DNA of 64,000 nt from Candidatus Woesebacteria bacterium (GCA_035389185.1 DAOORK010000001.1:631415-695414), one strand, 5' to 3'; positions 48,529-58,679 are shown, counted from the stretch's first letter. Notes: generated by a model from the sequence alone, not told the origin. Translations and numbers: made by a program.

Positions 48529-49158
48529 ATGGAATTTAGAAAAATTAAAGCAGTAACAATATTTGGTTTTGCGGATTGCCCACCGGAAAGCGCTTTGTAT
48601 CGAGAAGCGGTTGAAGTTTCAAGGTTATTGGCTGAGAATAAAGTGGAAATTGTGAATGGTGGCGGTCCAGGAGTGATGAAAGCGGCAACAGAAGGCGCTC
48701 ATGAGGGAGGCGGAACAGCAACAGTTGCGACTTTTTATCCAAAGTTTATTGAAAACTTTGAGGGAAAAGACCAACAAAACAAAGCTGACCGAGAAGTGAT
48801 TATGAATAATTATGTTGAGAGAACGATGAAACTGTTGGAGTTGGGAAATGCATATGTGATTTTTAATGGTGGAACAGGAACTTTGTCTGAGTTTGGTATG
48901 GCTTGGGGTTTGGCTTATCTTTATTTCGGACATCATAAACCCTTGATCCTTTATGGAGATTTTTGGTTTCCAATTATGGAGACCTTGGTAAAAAACATGA
49001 TGATCGGTACAAGACCCGGAGCGTTAAAGGTTTATAGAATTGCAACTACGCCGGAGATGGTTTTGCAGTATTTAAAAGAGTTTGACGAGTCTCAGGCCGA
49101 TCACGATAAAAGTTCTCTGCCAGATGACGGAAGCGGAGAGAAGGCATTTATTGATTGA
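48529..49158 (+). CDS. LOG-family (TIGR00730) nucleotide N-ribohydrolase
   Basis: VTIFGFADC...VNGGGPGVMKAATEGA...GGTGTLSE. Confidence 0.7.
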   Translation: MEFRKIKAVTIFGFADCPPESALYREAVEVSRLLAENKVEIVNGGGPGVMKAATEGAHEGGGTATVATFYPKFIENFEGKDQQNKADREVIMNNYVERTMKLLELGNAYVIFNGGTGTLSEFGMAWGLAYLYFGHHKPLILYGDFWFPIMETLVKNMMIGTRPGALKVYRIATTPEMVLQYLKEFDESQADHDKSSLPDDGSGEKAFID

Positions 49159-49254
49159 GTTGTATTTGAGAGAAATATTTCGCTGAAGGAGCAAAATGGA
49201 CAGTTAGTTTTTTTTCATTTATACTGAAGTGGCGGTTAACAATTATCGTTAAAA

Positions 49255-49935
49255 ATGAAAAAGATATCTGTTTTGATAACCTTGGTTGGAATGATGGTGT
49301 TATTTGTTCCTGGAGTGTGGGCGAAAAATGAAACGGCAGGAAGCGGTAGCGTGGCTGGGCAAACTAACGCTGTGTCACCGGCAAAGACTGCTGTGGTGAT
49401 GAATCAGAATCAGGTAAAAACACAAAATGCGGGTGATGAGTCTCAGTTGATGATCCAGACTTCTGAGCAGGAAGAGGCACTTGAGGGAACAAAAAGTGCT
49501 GCACCAAGAAGCGTGATGGCTTTGGAACACATGAGTTTGGTGGCTAAAGGAGTGGAGGAAATATTGACGACTAAAACACTGAAGGGGGGAATCGGAGACC
49601 AGGTACGAGTTTTGGCACAAGAGCAAAAACAGAGTCAAGATCAGATGCGACTACAAGTGGACAAGGTGGCCAGTAGAAGCGGTTTATTGAAATCTTTGAT
49701 CGGACCAGACTATCGAGGAATGAAGAGTATTGAGAGTTTGATGGCCCAGAATGAATTAAGAATTCAAAGATTGACGGAGTTAATGAATCAATTAACTAAT
49801 TCCGGAGATAAAACGATGGTAAAAGAAATGATTGAGACCCTGGTTCAACAGAATACAAGCTTGCAGACAATGATCAATGAAGAGAGTGTTGATGGAAGTT
49901 TGTTTGGCTGGCTGGTGAAATTATTTATTAAATAA
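49255..49935 (+). CDS. secreted coiled-coil protein
   Basis: signal peptide; Gln/Glu-rich heptads. Confidence 0.4.
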   Translation: MKKISVLITLVGMMVLFVPGVWAKNETAGSGSVAGQTNAVSPAKTAVVMNQNQVKTQNAGDESQLMIQTSEQEEALEGTKSAAPRSVMALEHMSLVAKGVEEILTTKTLKGGIGDQVRVLAQEQKQSQDQMRLQVDKVASRSGLLKSLIGPDYRGMKSIESLMAQNELRIQRLTELMNQLTNSGDKTMVKEMIETLVQQNTSLQTMINEESVDGSLFGWLVKLFIK

Positions 49936-49940
49936 ATAAT

Positions 49941-50543
49941 ATGAAAAAGGGAAAAAATATTGCGAACAAACTTGGTTTTTGGCCACTGTTGGTGGGTATA
50001 CTGGCGGTATTACTTTTTGGTATGGCCACGGTTTATGGAAGACAGGTAAGACAAGGATGGATGAATAGCAAGACAACAGTGACTCGGGGAAATTGTTTGG
50101 CCGATGAGTGTTTGTTGGTGGAAAACTTGGAGTATCCTGTGGGTGAGTTGTCTACTGCGGCAAAAACAGCGTTAAATGAGGCTATAAATGATGAATACAA
50201 GGCATTGGCTGTTTATCAAAAGATAACAGCTAAATTGGGAACGGTGAGGCCGTTTTCGATCATAAAAGGAGCAGAGGAACAACACATTGCTTCGTTGACA
50301 TCTTTATTCTCCAAATATGGACTTGCAGTGCCCCAAAACACTTGGACAAATAAAGTTACCTCTCCAAACACTCTGAAAGAAGCTTGCCAAGCTGGAGTTG
50401 ATGCAGAGGTTGCCAATGCAAGTTTGTATAAAGAAAAACTACTACCTGCTGTGAGTGATTATGAAGACATTACTTTGGTATTCACGAATTTGATGAATGC
50501 GTCAAAGGAAAAACATCTGCCGGCGTTTGAGAAGTGCAATTGA
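49941..50543 (+). CDS. ferritin-like (DUF2202-type) membrane-anchored protein
   Basis: N-terminal TM; NDEYKALAVYQKI...EEQHIASL ferritin-like pairs. Confidence 0.45.
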   Translation: MKKGKNIANKLGFWPLLVGILAVLLFGMATVYGRQVRQGWMNSKTTVTRGNCLADECLLVENLEYPVGELSTAAKTALNEAINDEYKALAVYQKITAKLGTVRPFSIIKGAEEQHIASLTSLFSKYGLAVPQNTWTNKVTSPNTLKEACQAGVDAEVANASLYKEKLLPAVSDYEDITLVFTNLMNASKEKHLPAFEKCN

Positions 50544-50569
50544 AGTTTGGGCTACTGTAGAATGAAAGT

Positions 50570-51403
50570 ATGGTAGATTTGGCAGAAAAAGCCAGAGAAA
50601 TTCGGGTGGAAATAATTAGGATGTTGAGGAAAGCTGAGTCAGGGCACTCGGCTGGAGCTTTGGGAGCGGCTGATCTTTTTGCCTGTTTGTATTTTGGAGA
50701 GTTACTTAATTTTAGATGCAAAGAACCGTACTGGGAAGAAAGAGACAGATTGGTTCTTTCATGCGGACATTATGCCCCAGTATGGTACGCTAGTTTGGCT
50801 TTAGCAGGATTTTTTCCCATGGAAGAATTAATGACACTGAGAAAACTTGGGTCGAGGTTGCAGGGACATCCGGTGAGAGTTGCCAGTACCTCTTATACGG
50901 CACACAAACAGTTACCTGGAGTGGAGAATACTGGTGGTCCTTTGGGGCAAGGTGTAAGCATTGCGGTGGGGATGGCTTTGGCGGCAAAAAGAGATAAAAA
51001 GAAGTGGAAAACGGTATGTATATGTTCGGATGCAGAACAACAAGAAGGGCAGACTTGGGAGGCATATCAGACTGCGAGTAAATATGACTTAGGCAACTTG
51101 TGGTTTGTGATTGATCGAAACGAGATACAAATTAGTGGAAATGTACACGAGGTAATGCCGATTGAGCCCTTGGTAGAAAAATTAAAGGCATTTGGGCTTA
51201 GAGTCATAGAAGTGGATGGAAATGATATTGATCAGATAATAATGGCCTTTGAAAAAGGAAAGTTGTTTCCTGATGAGCCGAAAGTAATTGTGATGAGAAC
51301 TGTGGCTGGGAAGGGTGTGAGTTTTATGGAGAGAGATTTTCGTTGGCATGGAAAAGCACCGACAGATGAAGAAAGTGAAAAAGCATTATGGGAATTGAAA
51401 TAG
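50570..51403 (+). CDS. tkt: transketolase, N-terminal (TPP-binding) subunit
   Basis: GHSAGALGAADL...; split-gene form. Confidence 0.75.
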   Translation: MVDLAEKAREIRVEIIRMLRKAESGHSAGALGAADLFACLYFGELLNFRCKEPYWEERDRLVLSCGHYAPVWYASLALAGFFPMEELMTLRKLGSRLQGHPVRVASTSYTAHKQLPGVENTGGPLGQGVSIAVGMALAAKRDKKKWKTVCICSDAEQQEGQTWEAYQTASKYDLGNLWFVIDRNEIQISGNVHEVMPIEPLVEKLKAFGLRVIEVDGNDIDQIIMAFEKGKLFPDEPKVIVMRTVAGKGVSFMERDFRWHGKAPTDEESEKALWELK

Positions 51404-51404
51404 T

Positions 51405-52364
51405 ATGAATATAGTAAATGACTTGATAAATATTGAACGAAAAGCAACCAGAGAAGGTTTTGGTGAGGCGATGTTGGAACTGGGAAAAAGAAACAAAAAG
51501 GTGATGGTGGTGACGGCCGATTTGGGGGAAAGTATGAAAGTGGATGAGTTTGAAAGAAATTATCCGGAACAGTTTGTGCAGGTAGGAGTAGCTGAACAGA
51601 ATATGATGGGGGTAGCGGCGGGCCTTTCTTTGTCGGGGAAGGTTCCTTTTGCGGTTTCCTATGCAGTTTTTAACCCGGGAAGAAATTGGGATCAACTGCG
51701 GGTATCGGTATGTTATACGGGAGCAAATGTAAAAATAGTCGGTGGACATGCAGGAATTACGGTAGGTCCGGATGGGGCGACACACCAGGCCTTAGAAGAT
51801 ATTGCCATAACTAGGGTTTTGCCGAACCTAATGGTCGTAGTGCCGGCTGATTTTGAACAAACAAAAAAAGCAACTTTGGCGATAGCAGCACATAATGGTC
51901 CGGTTTATTTGAGATTAACAAGACCAAAGACAGCCTGTTTTACGACAGCGACCACACCATTCCAGTTAGGGAAAGCACAGGTATTGAGAGAGGGGAAAGA
52001 TATTTCAATTTTTGCCTGTGGCAGTCTTGTTTATGAGGCTTTGCTGGCGGCAGAGGAATTAAAAGACGAGATAAATATTGAGGTGGTGAATGTACATACT
52101 ATTAAGCCGATTGATGAAGACACCTTGGTGAAAAGTGCAAAAAAAACAGGAAGAGTAATTACCCTGGAGGATCATCAGGTTAGCGGTGGATTGGGAGGAG
52201 CTGTGGCTGAAGTGTTGGGGGAAAAGTGCCCCACAAAAATGATTAGAATGGGAATGAGAGATGCTTTTGGTGAAAGTGGAGAGCCAGGCGAACTGTTGAC
52301 AAAGTATGGACTAGATAAAGAAGGTGTTATTAAAACAATCATAGAAATAATAAAAAATGGTTGA
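51405..52364 (+). CDS. tkt: transketolase, C-terminal (pyrimidine-binding) subunit
   Basis: Starts 2 nt after the N-subunit gene; Tkt Pyr/C domains. Confidence 0.75.
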   Translation: MNIVNDLINIERKATREGFGEAMLELGKRNKKVMVVTADLGESMKVDEFERNYPEQFVQVGVAEQNMMGVAAGLSLSGKVPFAVSYAVFNPGRNWDQLRVSVCYTGANVKIVGGHAGITVGPDGATHQALEDIAITRVLPNLMVVVPADFEQTKKATLAIAAHNGPVYLRLTRPKTACFTTATTPFQLGKAQVLREGKDISIFACGSLVYEALLAAEELKDEINIEVVNVHTIKPIDEDTLVKSAKKTGRVITLEDHQVSGGLGGAVAEVLGEKCPTKMIRMGMRDAFGESGEPGELLTKYGLDKEGVIKTIIEIIKNG

Positions 52365-53106
52365 TACTTCTCGAATAGAAATAAATGGCAAGGTGATGCT
52401 TTTGGCATACGATCAAGGGTTTGAACATGGACCGGTAGACTTCGATGAGAAATCCGTTGACCCAAACTATATTATGAAGATTGCTCAGAATGGCAATTTT
52501 ACCGGGGTTGTTTTTCAAGAAGGAATTGCGGCGAGGTATTACAAAAAAGAATCGGGAATTCCGTTAATTGTGAAATTAAATGGTAAGACATCTTTCCAAG
52601 GAGAAGAGCCATTGTCTTTACAGCTTTGTTCGGTGAAAAAGGCCGCTGAGATGGGGGCTATCGGGGTGGGTTACACCATTTATGTGGGGAGTGAGTTTGA
52701 AGAACAGATGCTAGTGGAGTTTTCGAAGATCGAAGACGAAGCCCATGAACTAGGAATGATTGTGATTGCTTGGATGTATCCGCGCGGAAAAAAAGTTTCC
52801 GGAAGAGAGACCGATAGGGATGTGGTAGCCTATGGAGCTAGATTGGGATTAGAGCTTAATGCGGATTATGTGAAGGTCCCGTATACCGGTGACCCGGAGA
52901 GTTTTAACTGGGTTGTAAGGGCGGCAGGAAGAACCGGAGTATTGGCTCAAGGAGGGAAGAAGATAGACTGGGAAAACTTGGAAGAAGAAATCAGTGGAGT
53001 AATGAAAGCCGGATCCGCCGGAATTGCAATTGGAAGAAATATCTGGCAGAACGAAAACCCAGATGAAGTGTCAAAAAAAATTGCGGAGATTGTCTACGGT
53101 TCTTAG
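52357..53106 (+). CDS. class I fructose-bisphosphate aldolase (archaeal DhnA/FbaB type)
   Basis: LLAYDQGFEHGP matches the archaeal class I aldolase LxxDHGxxxGP motif; TIM-barrel Schiff-base family. Confidence 0.65.
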   Translation: MVDTSRIEINGKVMLLAYDQGFEHGPVDFDEKSVDPNYIMKIAQNGNFTGVVFQEGIAARYYKKESGIPLIVKLNGKTSFQGEEPLSLQLCSVKKAAEMGAIGVGYTIYVGSEFEEQMLVEFSKIEDEAHELGMIVIAWMYPRGKKVSGRETDRDVVAYGARLGLELNADYVKVPYTGDPESFNWVVRAAGRTGVLAQGGKKIDWENLEEEISGVMKAGSAGIAIGRNIWQNENPDEVSKKIAEIVYGS

Positions 53107-53942
53107 CGGGATTTCCTTAAATACCTGAAGGAAAAAAATGTTTTAATATTTTTTTTGAAGTTTATGCGGAAGCCACCATTTTTAAGCCTTTTGAAAACAA
53201 GAATCAAACTTAGACCTGCAAGCAATGCAAAAGAGAGGAACATGGGTAGAAGAAGTTGGTATTCGGAAAAACCGATGTCGAATTTCTGGATTGTATAAAG
53301 AAGCAGAGAAAAAGCAACCCAGATGATACCAAAGACCAGCTTGAGATCACCCCAACGCCCACGATAGTTTTCAGAAGAGGCGCGAGTGTAGTAATAGATA
53401 AAGATTGCAAAACTGATACCGAGGAGAATGCCACGAAAGACACCCAGACTGATACTTGTTGGCAGATTATCCGGAATATGATTGATTTCCAGAAGAGTAA
53501 TTGCCAGAGCAGAGATAATAACTCCTGAGTAAATGAGATTGTGGGAGAATTTAAGATGGAAAAATCGATTTATTTCGGCAATTTCGCTATCTTTCTCTTT
53601 GAGAAAATCGGAGAACATTTTTGTAACAGCATGAATAGCTATACCGCCGTAAGAGTACATCATACAAAGAAGAATAATACTGACGAGAAGACCATCAGAG
53701 AAAAAAGTTGAGCTGCTTTTGGGTAAGCGAAGGGTAGACTGAAGATAAGAAAAGATCATCGGAAAGACTAGTCCGGGGATGAGGACTAAGTAGATAAGCT
53801 GTTGGATAGAGAGGTGCCAGATTTTTTTGGTGTGGAATGTTTGGATTCTGTAGATTAAAAGAAGAATTATAAAGATGACACCAAGGACGGTAGTAAGAGC
53901 TGAACTGTGCATGACAAGACGAATTATAACAAAGGCCGACAA
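53103..53942 (-). CDS. polytopic membrane protein
   Basis: about 7 TM. Confidence 0.45.
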   Translation of the reverse strand: MSAFVIIRLVMHSSALTTVLGVIFIILLLIYRIQTFHTKKIWHLSIQQLIYLVLIPGLVFPMIFSYLQSTLRLPKSSSTFFSDGLLVSIILLCMMYSYGGIAIHAVTKMFSDFLKEKDSEIAEINRFFHLKFSHNLIYSGVIISALAITLLEINHIPDNLPTSISLGVFRGILLGISFAIFIYYYTRASSENYRGRWGDLKLVFGIIWVAFSLLLYTIQKFDIGFSEYQLLLPMFLSFALLAGLSLILVFKRLKNGGFRINFKKNIKTFFSFRYLRKSR

Positions 53943-53963
53943 TCTTTAGTTTAGAATGGATGT

Positions 53964-54959
53964 ATGAAGAAGGTAATTGTTGTCGGGGCAGCTGTTATTG
54001 ATGTGCTCTTGAAGTCAAAAGATTTGCATGTATTAAAAAGTCATCAAATAGAGGGAGGAATGGCGATGTGTGAAGTGTTGGGAGGAAAGATCGAAGCAGA
54101 GGAAGGAGTTCTAGCCACAGGAGGGGGAGGTACAAATGTGGCCGTAGGTTTACACCGTTTGGGTGAAGCGGTTAAAGTTATCAGCAGAGTAGGAGACGAT
54201 GAGTTAAGTGGGGTGTTGATTGGTCAGTTGGAAGGTGAAGGAGTTGATTTGACAATGCTACAAAGAGCCAAGGGAAAGACAGGTTTTTCGGCGGTATTGG
54301 TGGCTCAAGATGGGGGACGTTCAATTATTACTTACAGAGGTGAGAGCGGAGAGATTGAAAAAAATGAGATTGATTGGCAGACTTTATCGACTGCCGATTG
54401 GCTGCAAATTTCTAGCTTGGGCGGAAAGATAGATTTGCTGGAGGATTTAGTGGCTTTTGCTCTAAATAAAGGGATAAGAATAGGAGTGAATCCGGGAAGG
54501 AAAGAATTACAAGAAAGAGAGCGAATAATAAAATTGTTGCCTAAAGTGGATTTGTTTAATGTGAATAGAATGGAAGCGGCGGAGTTGTGGGGAGCTGAAT
54601 TTGATAATGAAAAAGAAATAATGAAAAAATTTGTCGAAGCTGGTTGCCGACTGGCTGTAGTAACAGACGGGAAAAGAGGCGTGAGCGCTTATGAAAGAGG
54701 TAGGTGGATCAAAATGGAAGCTTTTCCAAACAAGTCAGTTGACGATACCGGTGCAGGGGATGCGTTTGCCTCGGGGGTGGTAACGGGGTTGTTACAAGGA
54801 AGGAAAATTGAGGAAGTACTTAAGATGGGCTTGGCAAATGGAGGATCGGTGGTGACAAAGTTGGGAGCGAAGGCAGGATTACTGCGGACAAAGGAGATGG
54901 AAAAATGGATGAAGAGGAGACTAAAAACGGTTGAAGAGAGCTTGCGTGTGGTTAAATGA
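53964..54959 (+). CDS. PfkB-family carbohydrate kinase
   Basis: DTGAGDAF motif; GG dipeptide. Confidence 0.65.
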   Translation: MKKVIVVGAAVIDVLLKSKDLHVLKSHQIEGGMAMCEVLGGKIEAEEGVLATGGGGTNVAVGLHRLGEAVKVISRVGDDELSGVLIGQLEGEGVDLTMLQRAKGKTGFSAVLVAQDGGRSIITYRGESGEIEKNEIDWQTLSTADWLQISSLGGKIDLLEDLVAFALNKGIRIGVNPGRKELQERERIIKLLPKVDLFNVNRMEAAELWGAEFDNEKEIMKKFVEAGCRLAVVTDGKRGVSAYERGRWIKMEAFPNKSVDDTGAGDAFASGVVTGLLQGRKIEEVLKMGLANGGSVVTKLGAKAGLLRTKEMEKWMKRRLKTVEESLRVVK

Positions 54960-54963
54960 AGGT

Positions 54964-55938
54964 ATGGGGAAGAAGATTTTTGTAACACATATCTTTTTGG
55001 ATAGGTATTTGAAAGAGTTAAAAGAAAAGTATGATGTGGTGGTATGGCCAAAAAAAGACATCAGCCGTGAAGATCTGTTAAGACAGGTAAAGGGAGTCTC
55101 GGGAATAGTGTCTTTATTAACGGAGAAAATCGATGGAGAAGTAATGGATGCGTCAGGAACGGAACTTGAGGTTGTAAGCAATTATGGCGTAGGTTTTGAC
55201 AATATTGATTTACAGGAGGCGACAAAAAGAGGAATCTGTGTGACAAATACGCCTGGAGTCTTGACCGAGTCAGTAGCCGAAGAAGCAATTGCTTTGATGC
55301 TGGCCGTTTTGAGAAGAATTGTTGAGGGTGATAGATTTGTGAGAACAGGTAAATATAAAGGTTGGGAACCAGATTTATTGTTGGGAACTGGGCTCAAAGA
55401 CAAAGAACTGGGAATTGTGGGTTTGGGCAGAATAGGCAGATGGACAGCGAGAATGGCCAGCGCCTTGGGTATGAAGATAATTTATTACAATCGTCATCGT
55501 GATGAAGAGTTTGAAGAGGAGTATGGTGTGACCTACCACACACTTGATCAATTACTGGAACAAGCAGATGTGGTTAGTTTGTCAGTACCTTTGACAGAGG
55601 AGACAAGACATATGATTGGAGAGAGGGAATTAAAAATGATGAAACCGACAGCAGTGCTGATAAATACGGCAAGGGGAGCAGTGGTGCATCAGGAGGCTTT
55701 GATAGAAGCTTTAAAAGAAAAGTGGATTGCCGGTGCGGGGCTGGATGTTTTTGAAGATGAATCGAGTATTCCAGAGTCATTAAGATCATTACCTAATACC
55801 GTACTGACACCACATATTGCTTCATCAACTGTTGAAGCAAGACTAGCGATGGCAAGGATTGTAGTAGAAAATATGAATGCAGGTTTGGAAGGCAGACAAC
55901 CAACTTGCTTGGTAAATACTGATGTCTGGAAAAAATAA
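54964..55938 (+). CDS. D-isomer-specific 2-hydroxyacid dehydrogenase (glyoxylate/hydroxypyruvate reductase-like)
   Basis: GIVGLGRIGRWTA NAD fold; catalytic R/E/H region; start at the internal ATG. Confidence 0.75.
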   Translation: MGKKIFVTHIFLDRYLKELKEKYDVVVWPKKDISREDLLRQVKGVSGIVSLLTEKIDGEVMDASGTELEVVSNYGVGFDNIDLQEATKRGICVTNTPGVLTESVAEEAIALMLAVLRRIVEGDRFVRTGKYKGWEPDLLLGTGLKDKELGIVGLGRIGRWTARMASALGMKIIYYNRHRDEEFEEEYGVTYHTLDQLLEQADVVSLSVPLTEETRHMIGERELKMMKPTAVLINTARGAVVHQEALIEALKEKWIAGAGLDVFEDESSIPESLRSLPNTVLTPHIASSTVEARLAMARIVVENMNAGLEGRQPTCLVNTDVWKK

Positions 55939-56254
55939 TATGAAAAATATTGAAGACGAAGAGAAAGACATTGAGATTCCCAGTGATGAGGATGAAAATG
56001 TTGGCGAGGATGGGTTAATAAAGAAAAAACATAAGAGGAAAAAGACAAAAGAGGAAAAGATAGCTGAGAGAAAGACTATTTTTTGGACTTTGTTGATTAT
56101 TTTGGTGGCAACCTTAATTTTTTGGTTGTTACCGATAATAAAGGGAACTAACAAGAAAAGTAGTGTTCCGGAATCACAGGCAAAAACTGAAGAGAAAAAA
56201 AATAGCCCAAGCGAAAAGAGCGAGCGTAAAAATTACGTGGAGATTACTCTTTAA
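55922..56254 (+). CDS. small Lys/Glu-rich membrane protein
   Basis: One TM flanked by charged low-complexity sequence. Confidence 0.35.
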   Translation: MSGKNNMKNIEDEEKDIEIPSDEDENVGEDGLIKKKHKRKKTKEEKIAERKTIFWTLLIILVATLIFWLLPIIKGTNKKSSVPESQAKTEEKKNSPSEKSERKNYVEITL

Positions 56255-58608
56255 AGGACTTGGGGTGTTGGGGATACGGTGATGGGGGTTGGGTTTAATA
56301 TCTCCTTAATTTTTTCCGGGTCGCAGTGCGTTTTTGGTTCAGTACCCTTGACAAAGTATTCATATTTTGTTGGACAGCCTTCACAGGGCAGTGTTCCAGT
56401 GAGAGTGCAAATGCCTATTTTGATAAGTTCTTGCGGAGTAGCTGATGAGGATGATGTGGGGTTTTCGATGAGAATAGTGTTGACTATTTTTGCCCAGATT
56501 GAAGAAGCCCCGGTAATACCTGACGCAATATGAGACATGGGTGAGTTATCGTTGTTGCCAACCCAGGTGGCAACCAAGAAATCGGTGGTGTAGCCAAAGG
56601 TCCAGTTGTCTCGAAGATCATTGCTAGTACCAGTTTTGACGGCGACTTTGGCCTTTTTGATATTAAGAATGGAGTTATAACCAAATGCCGGAGCTCGAGC
56701 AGTGTTGTCGCTTAAGATATCGGTAATAAGATAGGCAGTGGTTGGAGAGATGATTTGCTGTGGTGAACAGGTGTCTTCCTCTCTGGCAATAGCAGGTGTA
56801 TTAACTGAGGCGGTATCTAACTGCTGATCGCAACCAGAAACATATAATGATTTACCGTTGGATTTTTTTACATCAAGTATGGCTGTGAGAGGAGTAGATG
56901 TTCCTGAGTTTGCGAAAGTTGAGTAAACTGCGGCCATATCAGTCATGCGAACTTCCAAACTACCAAGCGCCATGGAAAGTCCAAAACGACTGGTGTCTGT
57001 CCAAGTGGTAATACCCATTTTGGTGGCTAGATTGGCCATGTTTTGAACACCGTTTTTTGAAAGCAGAATAACCGAGGGAATATTGTAGGAACTTCCAAGA
57101 GCTTGTCTTAAGGTGACAAAGCCATGGAATTTGCCGTCGTAATTTTTAGGTGTCCAAGGTTCTTGCCCCGGAAGATTAAAGGAAAGAGGTTTATCCTCAA
57201 CAACGCTGCCCGGTCCGTAACCATTTTCAAAGGCGAGAGAATAGTTTACAGGTTTTATTGAACTACCAGGTTGACGAAGGGCAAGGGTAAGATTTACCTG
57301 TCCACCCTCATTGAGATTGAAATAATCTTTTGAACCAACCATGGCGAGAATTTCCCCTGTTTGGGGTGAGGTAACGAGGGCGGCACCGTTGGTGACGTGA
57401 TATGACTGAAGAGAGTTAATTTCGTCAGTGACTATTCCTTGAACTTCTTCTTGAAGGTCAAGATCGAGAGTGGTGGTGACAATTAGACCTCCGTGATTAA
57501 CAACACCTTCACCAAGTTGTTTGGTAAGTATGTTTTTAACGTACATTACAAAGTGAGGAGCTTTTATTTCGGTTTTGGCAGAATTAAAAACTAGCTTTTG
57601 ATTGATGGCTTGTTGATACTCTTCCTCAGAAATAAAACGAGCCTTAATCATTTGATCCAGTACAAATTTTTGACGTGAAGAAGCCAGTTCTGGTTGGTTT
57701 CCAAAGGGAGAGTATTTGCTTGGTGCTTGGGGGAGACCAGCTAAAAAAGCGGCTTGAGAAAGGTCGAGGTCTTTGGCGTCAATATTAAAGTACTGTCTGG
57801 AAGCCTCTTGGATACCGTATGCTGTACCCCCAAAGCCAACTTGATTGAGATACATTTCAAATATTTGATCCTTGGTGTAAGTGAATTCAACTTCAACGGC
57901 AAGAATAAGCTCTTTTATTTTTCTGATGATTGTTTTTTCGTTGGTAAGAAGGGTGTTTTTTACGAGTTGCTGAGTGATGGTAGATCCACCCTCGTTTTTA
58001 TCATTGAAAATATTTTTATAGATGGCTCGAAGAACTCCGGTAATAGAAAATCCTTTGTGCCGATAGAAATCTCGATCTTCTGCGGCTAAGAAAGCATTTT
58101 TTACCTGTTGAGGAAGAGAATCCAAAGCAATAAGGGTGCGGTTTTCGTCTTCATAAACTTTGTAAAGAAGTTTTCCATTTCGATCTAAAATTTGAGTGGT
58201 CAATTTTGAGGGATATTGGTGGAGAGTTTTGGGACTGGGAAGATCATAGAAGAACTCAAGATAGAGAAAAGAAACAATCGCGATAACCCCAAGGGAGAGA
58301 AAGATGAACTGTCGAAGATACGAATGAGACAAGAAATCTTTTCTTTGACGTTGGGGATAGAGCCTTCGAAGATGAGATAAATGAAATGACGATTTTTGGA
58401 TGCGAATTTGAGGAAGACGTATCTTTGGGAGTTTAATTCGGGGCAAGTTGATTTTGGGGATACGAGGTAGAGGACGAGAAAATATTTTGCTGAAGAAAAA
58501 TGCAATATAACTGAAACCGAGAATTAGCCAGAGAAAAAATTTATAGACAGGAAGTCCAAGATAATATAAAAAATTCTTTGATTGATTAAAGTCTTTCTTC
58601 TTTGCCAT
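56251..58608 (-). CDS. class A penicillin-binding protein (PBP1A: transglycosylase plus transpeptidase), copy 1
   Basis: GT51 motifs EDRDFYRHKG, GGSTITQQLVKN, RKIKE; transpeptidase SSIKP, SYN, KTGTS; N-terminal basic LPRIxK repeats. Confidence 0.9.
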   Translation of the reverse strand: MAKKKDFNQSKNFLYYLGLPVYKFFLWLILGFSYIAFFFSKIFSRPLPRIPKINLPRIKLPKIRLPQIRIQKSSFHLSHLRRLYPQRQRKDFLSHSYLRQFIFLSLGVIAIVSFLYLEFFYDLPSPKTLHQYPSKLTTQILDRNGKLLYKVYEDENRTLIALDSLPQQVKNAFLAAEDRDFYRHKGFSITGVLRAIYKNIFNDKNEGGSTITQQLVKNTLLTNEKTIIRKIKELILAVEVEFTYTKDQIFEMYLNQVGFGGTAYGIQEASRQYFNIDAKDLDLSQAAFLAGLPQAPSKYSPFGNQPELASSRQKFVLDQMIKARFISEEEYQQAINQKLVFNSAKTEIKAPHFVMYVKNILTKQLGEGVVNHGGLIVTTTLDLDLQEEVQGIVTDEINSLQSYHVTNGAALVTSPQTGEILAMVGSKDYFNLNEGGQVNLTLALRQPGSSIKPVNYSLAFENGYGPGSVVEDKPLSFNLPGQEPWTPKNYDGKFHGFVTLRQALGSSYNIPSVILLSKNGVQNMANLATKMGITTWTDTSRFGLSMALGSLEVRMTDMAAVYSTFANSGTSTPLTAILDVKKSNGKSLYVSGCDQQLDTASVNTPAIAREEDTCSPQQIISPTTAYLITDILSDNTARAPAFGYNSILNIKKAKVAVKTGTSNDLRDNWTFGYTTDFLVATWVGNNDNSPMSHIASGITGASSIWAKIVNTILIENPTSSSSATPQELIKIGICTLTGTLPCEGCPTKYEYFVKGTEPKTHCDPEKIKEILNPTPITVSPTPQVL

Positions 58609-58679
58609 GATTGGGCGATAGGGTTCAAAGGGCAGGTCTGTACAACTGAGACTATTTTAAATGGACAGCGGGGAAAAGA

